In this document: in pieces, positions 14,082 through 26,248 of the stretch
How positions within the stretch are numbered: position 1 is the first letter of the stretch
Layout of the letters: the number at the start of each line of letters is the position of its first letter
The notes under the pieces: generated by a model
The model's database searches: none
Seen by the model: the letters and a program-made list of their open reading frames with translations, nothing else
Told to the model about the DNA's origin: nothing
Position numbers and translations under genes: made by a program
Assembly (NCBI GenBank): GCA_965285935.1
Contig: OZ260665.1
Span: 5,394,001-5,458,000 of the forward strand
Length of the DNA stretch: 64,000 nucleotides
Source of the DNA: Ophelia neglecta
Lineage: Eukaryota
Reading direction: 5' to 3'

Positions 14082-14205
14082 AATGGGTCAGAGGAGCATT
14101 AAATACACACGTGCCATGTGGGATAAGAGGTCAGTATGGGTCAGAGGAACATTTAATACAAACGTGCCAGGTGGGTTAAGAGGTCAGTATGGGTCAGAAG
14201 AACAT
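14082..14205. repeat. 53-bp tandem repeat, about 2.3 copies
   Basis: atgggtcagagga...acgtgcca..tggg.taagaggtcagt is repeated. Confidence 0.8.
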
Positions 14206-15499
14206 GGTTGCGATGATATGTATCTCAGCGCAAATTACGACAGAATGCATTTATCCAAAACAGCATAGATACTTTAAATGTATGCATAACTTTAACGTTC
14301 GTAACTTTTGATATGATGTTCGTGTGTGTGTGGGGGGGGGGGGTGTTTGGGGAGCTATGGAAATAGTTCATAACTCTTGATATGGCGTGTTTGTGTGGTG
14401 AAGGAAGGGGGGAAGTGGTGGTGTGTAGTTATATTTATTTGTATACGCTGTGTGAGGGGGGGGGGGGGTAGGTTCTATTTCAAGAAGTGGTGAGTAATTT
14501 TGCCTTATAATGGTGTAAATATGTGTATCCTTCCGAATGGTTGGATGGATGAAGGGGCAATGAGAAGAGGGGCTATGTGAAAGGTAGCAGCATGCACTAT
14601 GCGGGGAGAGCATAATGTGGAGGGTGGAGGGATGGGCCTTTGCTAGGGGACAGAGTTAATAATATGCTAAGGATACGTCATTTTGTTTTAATCATTAGTG
14701 AATAAGCATACGAAATATGCCTTATAGTAGAAGAATATAGGTTCCTCACTAATATATCGTATGGAACGCTCAGTATGATAGCACACCTAAGAAGGTAGTT
14801 CCAATATCGTACACCAAGTCGACTGCTTGCCGAAGTATGTTTATATTATTGCTATGGCCCAAAGCTGACCGTCAGGACCACCCACCTACCGTAGAGCAGA
14901 TCATATCAAAACATGCCATGCATATTTCCTCTAACATGCCTCTCTGTGTACATAACAACCCTTTGTTTCAAAATCCTGGATCCTACCAGATTTTGGTGGC
15001 AACTAAATAGCATTATATATTTTCCCACGCAAAATACACCAGCCATTCATTTTAAATAAAACCTTGCAAGTCGCTGTGTGAGAGTTCACTGCACATATAT
15101 AAATAGGTTTAATATAGCCAGGTACTGTGGCAGTGCACACTACTTGATTGTCAATACAGTTAAGGTAGACTCTAACTGTTGGCATGATGCAAGCTATATA
15201 CACAACACATGCATGCGTATATTTGAATACCTATAACCACACAGATTAGCAAAACAAGCCCAATGCACACTGATTTGTCACTGAGCGACCCTCAATAGTC
15301 TTGACAAAGACTATTACAAACCCAGAGATGTTCGCGAAATATTCGTTGCCCAGTATTGCTAGATGATTTCCTCTGGGAATTTTCGGCTTAATAAGGAAGT
15401 AGGGAGAACAGGACTTTTCCGGATTAGGCTTTTGGCACGCCTCTCATGAAAATGTCGATCTCTCAAAAATGTTTCGTTTACAGTAGTCATCTCATGTCG

Positions 15500-15961
15500 C
15501 CAGTATCGGTGCTGCCCTGTATCGGGGCCACCCTGTCGACGCTGGCTGTATCGGCGCTGACTGTATCGGCGCTGGCTGTATCGGCGCTGCCTGTATCGGC
15601 GCTTGCTGTATCGGCGCTGGCTGTATCGGCGCTGCCTGTATCGGCGCTGGCTGTATCGGCGCTGACTGTATCGGCGCTGACTGTATCGGCGCTGGCTGTA
15701 TCGGCGCTGCCTGTATCGGCGCTGGCTGTATCGGCGCTGACTGTATCGGCGCCGCCTGTATCGGCGCTGCCTGTATCGGCGCTGCATGTATCGGCGCTGC
15801 CTGTATCAGCCCTGCCTGTATCGGCGCTGCCTGTATCGGCGCTGCCTGCATCGGCGCTGCCTGTATCGGCGCCGCCTGTATCGGCGCCGCCTGTATCGGC
15901 GCTGGCTGTATCGGCGCTGCCCTGTGGGCGCTGCCGTATCGGCGACGCCTGTATCGGCGCT
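15500..15961. repeat. 15-bp minisatellite (ctgtatcggcgctgN), about 30 copies
   Basis: Directly visible; explains the overlapping low-complexity ORFs in the track. Confidence 0.97.
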
Positions 15962-16580
15962 AATATCAAGACCGTCGATCTTAATATACTAGTGTTCGTG
16001 GCCTTGGTTGTGGTTCGGTATAGTAGCCTGTACGGTAGTTGTTAGGGAAGAGGGTGCCGTGTCAGGTGTCAGAGTGGAGGTTGTATCGGATAAATAGTCT
16101 TTGGTGATTTCACTGGATGAAAAACAATTCATGTCTGCGGACTGTTGCATTGGCGCTGAAAACAAGCCAATTATTTATATGTTGACATGACCAATGTATT
16201 CGTGACAATGAAACAATCTGCATTTCACGCGCAAATCCAAGTTCTGTTCTATCGTTGACGGTACGTTGATTAGTCGCAATATGGTCTATCTTGTCAATAA
16301 GAAACTGAAGATGTTCTTTGGTTGACTGTTTCAACTCATCCATATTAATGGCGGACTCGTGAGTGAAAATGCATTACACAAAAGACGCAGATACCCTGAT
16401 GGTAAAACAAACATACGGATCATGACTACAATCATACTAGAAGAATTGTTGTCCATTCTTCTTCCGCCATCGATCAGCCAACATATAAAACTAATCGTTT
16501 AAAATATACTTCTCTATTTTGATAAACATTGCAATATGCTTGTGTATGAAGACGTCGTGACAAGATTAATGAAACTTACC

Positions 16581-17944
16581 TTACACACACATAGGCGGTT
16601 TGTGCAGGGGTACGAAGAAGTCGAACAGTTCGTTAGGTGTAAGTGTTGAATTGACTGAGGCGCTGAAGGTACACTTAAATGGAGAGACGCCGGGCTTGGT
16701 AATACTGGCACCAAGACACGTTATGGTGACCGCGCACGAGGCTAGACAGCTTGATTTCGTCGTCTGCGGCTGCTCACAACCCACGGGGTCAATTAGGTCA
16801 TGCACGGTAGTAAAGATGCACTGTCCTGTAATATATCAATGTGTGTATATTCTTGCAACGCTCTGAGTGAATTTTAAGTTTCCGCCCTAATTGGTCAACA
16901 GCATTGACGTAAATCAGAGAATATCCCTGATTACAATATAGCCTCTCTGGCCTACCTCCTTCACAACCCTACCTCCATAGACATAGGAAATACTGACAGA
17001 ATTAACCCAAACAGAATGTCAAACTACCAACTTTTGACAGACCGTATCAGACAAATGACAAGTGCTAGCTGAAGTAGGATTTCCTTTAAAACATATTCCA
17101 TGGCTCTGAAAAAGTAAAATGCGTGCTATACTCGCGTGAAAATAAGACAGCATGGGCCTTACCTCCCAAATAAATCATAATGTATAAACTGGTAAAAGTA
17201 TTCTCGTTACTCTAAAATTTGGGTTGGGATATTTTACACTAATGGAGTACGCAATGATAATTTGGCAGAAACAAAGGAAGCTAAAAAATACCGTATTTAC
17301 TCGTCATTGTATACAATATTCTGAATGTTGAATTACGTGCAGTTTGAATTAACTATTTTGAAATCAATATGCAGTAGCACCAATCCATTTAAATTGTTGT
17401 ACATAATGTAACTACCATTATCTGGAATTCTTGCTACAATTCTAATTTTGTTTTTTTGTAATCCATATTTCATGTTCATATATTTTTGTATTCATCGAAC
17501 TTCATTTTGTCTTATATTACCAGTGATACCAGAGCTTTAAGTGGTGAAATTGGTCAAAGTATGGAGAAGACTAGTTTTAAATTAAGTATAAGTAGTGTTT
17601 GATTCATACAATAATCATTAGTGAAGGCAAAAAGGTATAACTTGAGATACAATAGCCTGGGACCAATTTGACCTAGTACGAATTGACCTTGCCGTGGCAT
17701 CAAAATGCATTGTTATAATTTACCTTATATTCAGTTTATACTAAAATATGTGTTATTGAATATGTTGATGCTTGCATTCGGCGCAATTAGGCAACCCAGA
17801 AACTAGTCAAGTCCAAGATTCCCATTGCCCGATTTAAGGCTAGCTCGATATGAGGCTCTTCGTGTTCATAATATTGGGACAAGTCTATTGTTTGGAAATA
17901 AAAAGCATTATGTGGTGGCAGGCTCACCTTATTAAACCGTCCAT
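16581..17944 (-). CDS. Small secreted Cys-rich protein with a PAN/apple-like domain (about 111 aa, three exons)
   Basis: Exons 17944-17928 (MDGLI, AG|gtgagc), 17105-17032 (ttcag|; AMEYVLKEILLQLALVICLIRSVK, hydrophobic leader, weak gttggt donor) and 16825-16580 (tacag|; QCIF...GC...SCLASCAVTITCLG...FKCTFS...MCV*, then G|gtaagt). Phases are consistent, and the C-x3-C-x5-C spacing is PAN-like. Confidence 0.6.
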
Positions 17945-19437
17945 GGTCGCTGTCTGCTTATTGTTCTGTTTTTTTTGTCAGTAAAAATGTCCTTGTCTTA
18001 CAGGGCTTTCGCCGAAAATTGTAATCCTCTTTACACTGTGGTTGTGGTCGAGGTATTACGCATTATAAATTCTTGACGTAATATTGCCATGAGACAATTG
18101 ACCCACTGTGCACGCCAACAGCCAGGAGCGAAGCGTTTTGTTTAGGCTTTGCACACACCGGATTGAGGGAAAGTCACGTGTCATGATATTTACCTCGCAT
18201 TCACATATATAAGAGGTAATAAAAATCGACACTTAATTCTATGTATCACAACTTGTGTAAACGTTAGGTGTTTTTGCAATATTTGCAAAGAGAACCTGCA
18301 TAGCGCGTGACATGAATTACCAGCTACAGAGTGATAAACTACACACGGCTTAGACTAACCTATGTTAAGTAACAGACAACATATGGGTGCTATCATTAGC
18401 ATTATGAAACATGAACAGCAAATTCGTAAGTACATGTATCATGAATATTGACCAGACCTTGAACGTGTATCCTATGTCCCTAGTCAGAAGCCTTCACGTC
18501 GCCAGTGTTCACCATGCAGGGAAACACTCGTGTATTTAACAGACAGGAGCCAACCTAAGAGTGGGACACTTCCCTCTTCCTTTACCATCTCCTTCATCCC
18601 TACGTACATCCCTTCCTCGCTCCCATAAACTATGATCCAGGGCCAGAAGAGCCAAATATATATATAGACCCCCCGCCCAACCCCGTCGTAAATATTCACC
18701 GCCTGCCTTTAGATTTCGTAACTATTACACTTGCTAACGGTATCAGCCAAGTGTCTTGGCCAGATGCCAACTACTAAAGTAGCTAATTGAAGGTTATCAA
18801 AGTCGGCACCGTGTTCACATGCGGAAGAGCTGCTGTGTACATATTAGCATTATTCCCCAGGGAAAAATATACCTATTACAGAACATTATGTACTGAGCTA
18901 GTTATACATATTTTTACATTTATATATGAAGCAAAGTTGTTTTTGGATTCTGCGTCAAGGATCTTCAAAGCCTCGAGTGATTCTTGCCATCAAGATTTGT
19001 GCTCAATTAGCATTTTGTCCAATCTGGAACATGAGCGGCTTTTAAATAAATCAAATAGACTCACCACTACATAAGGAATAAAATTGAAAATTGAAACGTT
19101 ACAACTAGCTCAGACATTGATCCAGTTGTGCCCTCCTTCAAAGCCAGCGAGAGTCGGGGAAAATAAGCCGCAAGAAACTGTGGGGAGGCTGCTCCAGGAA
19201 CTGTAGCCCACAGGCAGAAAGGGATGGGGTTCTTGTACTACCATTTAGTTTTATGAGCTGTGATTAGTTACTTATCACAATGTTGTGTAAATTGTCAAAT
19301 AAATAATTGGTCAGCTTATTGAACATGGGCAATGATGTGATATTTCCGTTTTCTCTTAAGACCAGCCAGACAGTTTTTCGTCAGGAAGATGTCTGTTCCA
19401 TCTTGGTTTATTCTATTATTTAAATAAAAATATCACC

Positions 19438-20925
19438 TTTCATTTATTCATTTATTCATTTTACCTCCGCTTTCCGGAGAGTACAGAGAATAGGAAAAAA
19501 TAAGATCTATTAATAATAATATAAACTAAATCAAAAATTATTAGCGAACAAGAACAAATATATTATTCATAGAAACAAAAAATGCAAGTGCGCCCACTCC
19601 CCACTAGTCTCATCACTAACACGGGTATCTAGGTTTTCTCTTATTACGGAGGGAGTAAGTGTGGCCAATGACTGACAGGATAAGCTCTGTGCCCCGTTTG
19701 CCCGACATGGCCTCAGTGAGAGTCGCCCTAGTCAGCGCGTCCGCTCCAAGGCTTGTGTCGTGTCCCTTGTCACTGAGGCATCTTAGTAATAAGCCTGTGT
19801 ATGTGATGGTTGCTGGGCAGAACCACAACATGTGTGCTAGCGTGTCTGGATGACAACAACACGAGGGACATATATCAAATGCTGCGCAGTCTGATTGCCT
19901 AATGGAGTGTTCATACAGGTTGGACGTTTTGGTGACGAGTTTAATTACCGTTTGCGCGCCACTAAGTTGGGTCATAGACTTTGCATTCCTCCACATTTCC
20001 GACAGTTTATAATCTATGCAAACCTCCCTGTACAGGTTTAGGCTAGAGTAGGTGAGACATTCCTGTTTCCATACGGAGAACTGCCGCATCCCCACTATCT
20101 TAGCGGAGTGACTTTTCCAGGCACTTTTACTAGCTGATACGCCTCTGTGGAGCCAGGAGCGAAGGGTTTCCTCTGTGCCATATTTCACAAAAGCGTCAAC
20201 CATTATTGCTGTTGGGCTCCCCACAGGAAGGGTCCCGGTTAGGTCCCACTCAGTCAATGTGTGCACGAAGAGCTGTCTATATAAGGATTTGATTGATAGT
20301 GCCATTATGTCCCTCATCAGTCTGAGTCGTCTCAAGTCCAGCAGATGTTCTATTGACCACCATCCCAACTGTGCCATGGCAGCCGGGTTGGCAGTGTGTA
20401 CGGGGAGACCCTGGATCCTCTTAGCATGTTGTCTGTGTTGAATTTCCAGGTCAGCCATTTGCTTCGGTGAAAGATGCAATGTTTCTAGGCCGTAAACTAT
20501 GCTAGGGATAACAATTGACCAATATAATTTAGATAAGACAAGGGTATTATATTTCCCGGCCGCGGACCCGATACCAAGCACGCTGTTCATTGCTCTCTTC
20601 CCACGGCTCAGTCGCGCCTGGACTGCATAAGACAGGTCGCTCGGTAAGGGGCAGAGGGGTACTCCAAGGTGCGTGGTCTGTTCTTTATGCGGAATGTGTT
20701 CTGGTCCTAGACTGACATGGAGCTGATCTTCCTTGTTTTCCGCGAAGGTGATAATTTCACATTTGGAGACATTGAATGTCATTCTCCATGTCTTCCCATA
20801 GTCGTCGGCGATCTGACACATTTTCTGGAGTGACTTCTCATGCAGCGCAAGTAAAGTTATGTCGTCTGCATATCCGGGACAGGCGGAGTATAAACTATAG
20901 GCTACACATCCCAGGCCGCTGGGAA
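19438..20925 (-). mobile_element. 5'-truncated non-LTR retrotransposon (LINE; CR1/L2-superfamily-like), RT C-terminal half
   Basis: The frame of ORF 19616..20821 extends upstream through CPGYADDITLL (YADD at about 20862-20873) and includes FNVSKC, HLGV and a C-terminal CxxC-x7-H-x4-C motif. The 3' tail is (TGAATAAA)n at about 19438-19460. Confidence 0.9.
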
Positions 20926-21699
20926 AGAGCTAGGCCTGTTTCCAACCCTTTGGTTCTCGATCGTAAATGTATACATTCACTGACGTCCCGACACGCTCTG
21001 AATTGTAATTCCTCGTACAGCGACCCACTTTAAATTTCATGTTCAAGTGAGTCGTGATATCACTGCTGTGATCAGGGCATAAACTAACAGTTGTATTTTG
21101 TCATAGCCTAGCGTGTGTGGTCAGAGTTGTCATGACATAGGTACATTATTAAGAAAAGCTTACAATCCCCGGTTCGGGGTAGGTTTTTTGGTTTTTCCTA
21201 TAACTCACCCTCTTAAGTCTTACACTAACCACTCATTGATCTTTTTGTATGAATAGCTAAACGCCATAATAACATAACCTATTTGCGTGCCTGACCCTTG
21301 GACTAGTACTCTTGTTACAAGCTTACCTTTGACCCAGTACAGTGACCAAGTCAGCTCAGGTTATGAGCTGACCTTTAAGGTTATACAAGGACCACAAGTC
21401 TGGATAAAAGAAACCCTAGATTTATTTGAATCACTTAAAGGGCAAACGTTGTCTTAAGTACTTCATTTATTTATAGCCTCTCAGGTCGTGGCTATAACTG
21501 GCAGCAAATGTAAGGAAGGAAATTGGTTTATGAACAAGAGACACTTGGCCGTATCCGGCACCCAGTGTATAAGAGACACTTAAATTATAGATGCTGCCCA
21601 CATTCACTGGTGTATGTCACAAACTGAAAAGAATCAATGCTTCATAATCTGGTAAAACTAGTACGTTTCGCCCTCTTCAGCCATTAGACCAGCCTTATT

Positions 21700-21745
21700 T
21701 TAATACTACTAAGGGTGCGTCCTTAATACTACTAAGGGTGCGTCC
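21700..21745. repeat. Perfect 23-bp tandem duplication
   Basis: ttaatactactaagggtgcgtcc x2. Confidence 0.9.
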
Positions 21746-22304
21746 TTTATTAGATATGTTTGTTGACTTGGTAAATGAAACGTAAACAGCAATGGTCCAA
21801 TTTCGAGGGAGGGAGGGAGGGAGGGCAGTAGTAAAAGGGATAGGTCAGGATTTGGAGGAGAGAGGGAAGGAGTAGAAAAGAGGAGACAGTTTAAGATGGC
21901 TATGTTTGCAAATTTAGGATGGAAACAAAAGCTAGAACTATTCTGTGCCTTGGGTGGTTCTTACACTACACTTACTAGGATGGCAGCGGCCCAAATATGC
22001 TATAAATTAAGGAGCTGTCATTGAACTAGCTATAAAAGAAGATTTCCAAATGTGCCTAAGTGACATCATCCAGATTCTGAATCAGCACAGAGAGTAGGAA
22101 ATTTCGTAAAAAAATCATTGACCATAATGCATGATTCAGCCAAAAACCCTACTTGGTATCTAGATATACAAAATTCTCCTCCGTTTTCTCAGCTGCTGAA
22201 CATGAGAGGCAAAGGTTCGCACGGGCAGTCAGTCCCACTGCCCTGATAATCGACCAAGCTCTGCTGCAAGGCTCACAGTTCTAATTTCGTCGACCTCTGG
22301 GAAT

Positions 22305-22825
22305 GGGCTGTCCCAGAGCACCGTAATGAACTCAGCTCTGTCTCGGAGCTCTGTAATGGAACCAGCTCTGGCCAGAGTGGTGGAAACAAAAGAGTGCCAG
22401 CTCTGTACCGGAGCATTATAATGTGCCCAGCTCTGTCCCATATGTTTGGAAACGGGCCCATCTCTGTCCCGGAGAGCTGAAATGGGCACACCTCTGTCCC
22501 AGAGCGCTGTAATGGCATGGGCTGTGTTCCAGAGAGCTGGTAATTGGCCAAGCTCTGTCCTTGTGGGCTAGAAGCATGCCCAGTTTAGTCCTAGAGGGCT
22601 GTTAACGGGCCCATCTCTGTTCCAGAAAGCTGGTAACGGGCTCAGCTCTGTCACAGGGGGCTTGTTACAGGCCCCGCTATATCCCGGAAGGCTGGCAATG
22701 AACTCAGCTTTGTCCAAGCAGCTTGGTAATAGGCCCAATCCTGCCCCAAAGGGTTGGAAACAGGCCTAGCTCTATCCCGGAAGGCTGGTAATGGGCCCAG
22801 ATCTGTCCCAGGGCGCTGATAAAGG
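22305..22825. repeat. Diverged 30-31-bp minisatellite, about 17 copies
   Basis: Consensus approximately cccagctctgtcccagagagctggtaatggg; related remnants at 23880-23960. Confidence 0.85.
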
Positions 22826-23959
22826 ACTGGACCAAGCTGGTACCCATTGAATCATTGTCATGGGTGAGTCAATAACTGGTTTCACGTCATCATATGCCAT
22901 CAATTTGACTTCACAAACTGAACCATGAAGCGCAAGCTAGCTGCAATTGCTAAGCACACCAATGGCTAGACTAACAAGAACAACTGGCTCAATCATCTCT
23001 CATAACTGTCTGAAAAGTAGTGTAGTTCTAGGCTCTAGCTCTAGATGACAAAACAAAGCTATGATTACGCAGACATTAAGATTTATATGATAAGACCTTG
23101 AAATGGGACAACAAGGTCAGAATTGGTAACTCGAAAAAACGCCCTCAATATGTTTCCCTATAGGCCTCCAGTATCAATCTAGCTGCTAGTTATTAAATTT
23201 AAGTAAAAGATGGTGAAAATAGACACCAAGATCAAACTCAATCTGACGTGCAAAATATGATTTTCTATGAGCATCTGCTGTTGATCTTGCGTCTTTCACT
23301 TGTAAGTAAACCGAAATCTTACTTTTATTGATTTAACCTTGAAAATATATGCCACGGTCAAACCTGAAGACTACTAAATTTGCAGCATTTACTTTTCTAT
23401 ACTCACTCAAAAGTACTTGTGAGCACAAGTATCATCCCAGGGGAATTAAACTGCATAAACATTCAGATATTTTTGTACTGAAGTTGCCAAGGCACCTAAA
23501 TAAGCTCGAACGTTACTGGTAAACAATCATGGGCTTAATTATGTCCTATTCTAGCTGCCCAAACAGACATAATTAAAAAAAAACTACAAGCATTTTATTC
23601 AATATTCCATAAGGAAGACCGATTTCAAGCCATTATTGCTTTTTGAATGCCGCTCAAATCACTGCCATACCTGATTTTGGCATATTCAACGCCAAAAGAA
23701 AACAGGAAGAATAGCTGCAGCATTTTTTTATAGCACGACAAAGAATTTGAACACCGGTAGCAAGCTTCCACCGGATGACATGTACAATTAACAAAAATCA
23801 ATATGTCCCACCTACTAGGTATATAAGTTGTATTAATAGGCCAAACTGCACCACAAGGTCATGGTAAAGTAAAGGGCCAAGGTAATATCCCAAGCTGCAC
23901 CAAAAAGCCCTGGTAATGAACCCAGCTGCATCACAGTGGTCTGGTAATGTGCCAAGCAA

Positions 23960-24420
23960 CAGCCATCTAGAATTGAAAATTATGATTATTGATTGGAACT
24001 TTCTCCCTGGCATTTATTTCCTGCCAACCTATTTATCGGGCTGAGGGCAATACTGCTCTGTTGCTAGAACCGCATTGCGCTCACCCCTCGATTTATATAT
24101 ATAACAACAGCCACCTAGAATTGAAATATATAAATAGGGAGTGGAGTGTCCTTACTGCGCTTTCCTGTGTGTCTGCCTCTGCTATCTAAACAAGGTGGGC
24201 TGAGGGCATTACTTTTTTACCGTTATGCTACAGGAGACAGAGCAGTATTGCGCTAACCCCTCGAATTATGCACATACAACGCCCCACTCGTTGTGATTAC
24301 CAGAACCCTGAAAATCTGCTGCCTAGAATTTAAGTATTTAATTAGGAAGTGTGACGTCCGCCCCGTCGTGGGTTTTCCATTGCTAGAACCGCATTGCCCT
24401 AACCGCTCGATTTATGTATT
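23960..24420. repeat. Diverged tandem module (about three partial copies)
   Basis: Recurring cagcca.ctagaattgaaa, gctagaaccgcattgc...ctcgatttat and gggctgagggca. Confidence 0.65.
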
Positions 24421-24530
24421 ATACCCCTTACCTGAACTCTTTTTGTCTTATATTCCCCTAACTCAAGTGGCTATCTCCTAACTGACACTTTGTATAGTCA
24501 CCTTTGATTGAGTTCAAGCCATATTCATGT

Positions 24531-24600
24531 CTTCCTGCTTGGCTTCCTGGCTTCCTGCTTAGCTTCCTGCTTGGCTTCCTGCTTGGCTTCCTGCTTGGCC
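24531..24600. repeat. 12-bp repeat (cttcctgcttgg), about 6 copies
   Basis: Directly visible. Confidence 0.9.
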
Positions 24601-26099
24601 TCAAGAGTTCAGCAGCCGGGAAGTGGCTACATAGGACAACTGCAGGAAATGTAGACTAAAAAATGGTGAGATGACAACATAGAACAATATTTATCGGACA
24701 AATATCCATGAAAAATCTAAAAAAAAAAACAAGAAAGCATTTGTATGTTCTTGAGTGTAAAACGTCTGCAAATACGCGTGAAATGTGCGATCGCGATCGG
24801 AAAAAACGCCTGAAAACAACTGTGGAATAGGCGAATTTGAATCAGGAACTCAACGTCAACAAAGTGCGTGGAACGTTCTGAAAATGCGCGTGAAATGTGC
24901 GACGAAGAATTGGAAAAATCGGTAATTAAAAGACCGGAAATACGCGTGAAATATGAGAATATGAAGCGGAAATAAAATGTCCGAAAATACCGAATGCGAA
25001 TCGCGAATATATTCCATATACAACAACGACCCCTTGTTATATTCCGAATCAAAGTTAATTAACACAAAAACCGAGACATTAGTTTTGCGACAAAACTGTA
25101 GTTCTAAAATATAGTAGCAGTGATTTTAGAAATCTTTTGTTTCTGTTAGTGTTTTGCCCACACAAAAATGTACAAGGAAACTAGAGGCCGGGTTAGGGCT
25201 TGGGTAAGGAATCAGGCTTTAGGTATCGGGGGCCACGGTATTAGGTACCAGGGGCATTGAGATGAAATATCACACTTCCTGTATGAATGGAATAAGTGGA
25301 AGGGTAGATGGGGGTTCTCCCTTACTCTTCCATAGCAAATGTAGGCTGAGAAAACTGGGAACCTTTCACAGATTAAAAGTATAAGAAAATACACCTATAA
25401 TAGACACGTATAATACCTAGAAATCCGAAAATGCACCCATACACAGATTAACCACATAAATAAGCTGAAAATAAATAATACATAATATAACAATTCTGGG
25501 TGTTTAACACTATATATACTTTGTTCACAAGATATTCGTTTGGTTCTTTATATATATATTATTACAATTGTTTAGTATTACATTCTTCTAGTTCTTTATA
25601 AATATTAATCATATATAGTGGACAAAGTTCATATAGTGTTAAACACTCAGCACTAAGTCGTAATGTCTGATGCGGAGATTACATACACCAATTCGGTGTC
25701 CTTCTCCTTCTGTCATGCAATGTATTAATTGCGTCAGTACTGTACAAGATTGTATCTAATATCATTGGGATGAAATTGTTAAATGGCAATAAAACTTAAC
25801 AACATCAATTCTCAGTATCCAAGTTAGCACTTTTTCAGGCTCTTAAAGGCGGTGATGGCTGTCCGACGGCGGTTCTGAGGTTACCAGAGTCGACCACTAT
25901 GCGAAGTTGTGCTGGCCTGTCTATAGTAGGCCTATCAGAGACATATACAGTTAGCCTATATGCAAACACATAAATAATGTTGTAAATTTATGCGATATTT
26001 AACCATGACTAATTGATGTTTGTTTAAAGATAGCGTGCGAACTGCAAAAATGAGGCAGTCACACTTTCGATACAATATGGAGGCATTCCAGTACAGACA

Positions 26100-26248
26100 T
26101 GTCAAATCGAAAAAGTCAGTTAATCAAAAAGGTAAATTAATCGGGAAGGTCAAATCGAAAAGGTCTATTAATCCAGAAGATCAATTAATCCAGCAATTAA
26201 CCCAGAAGGTCATTTATTCGAGAAGGTCAATTAATCCAGAAGGTCAAG
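26100..26248. repeat. Short diverged repeats (gaaggtcaattaatcca), likely subterminal repeats of a DNA element
   Basis: Several copies of ggtcaattaatc variants. Confidence 0.55.

Noticed and set aside
15359-16045. Protamine-like, antifreeze-like or mucin-like repeat proteins
   Set aside because: Five overlapping ORFs arise from one 15-bp repeat, with no splice or other support for any single frame.
16110-16343. 77-aa ORF MDELKQSTKEHLQFLIDKIDHIA
   Set aside because: It looks helical but has no recognisable motif or supporting splice structure, so it cannot be called a gene.
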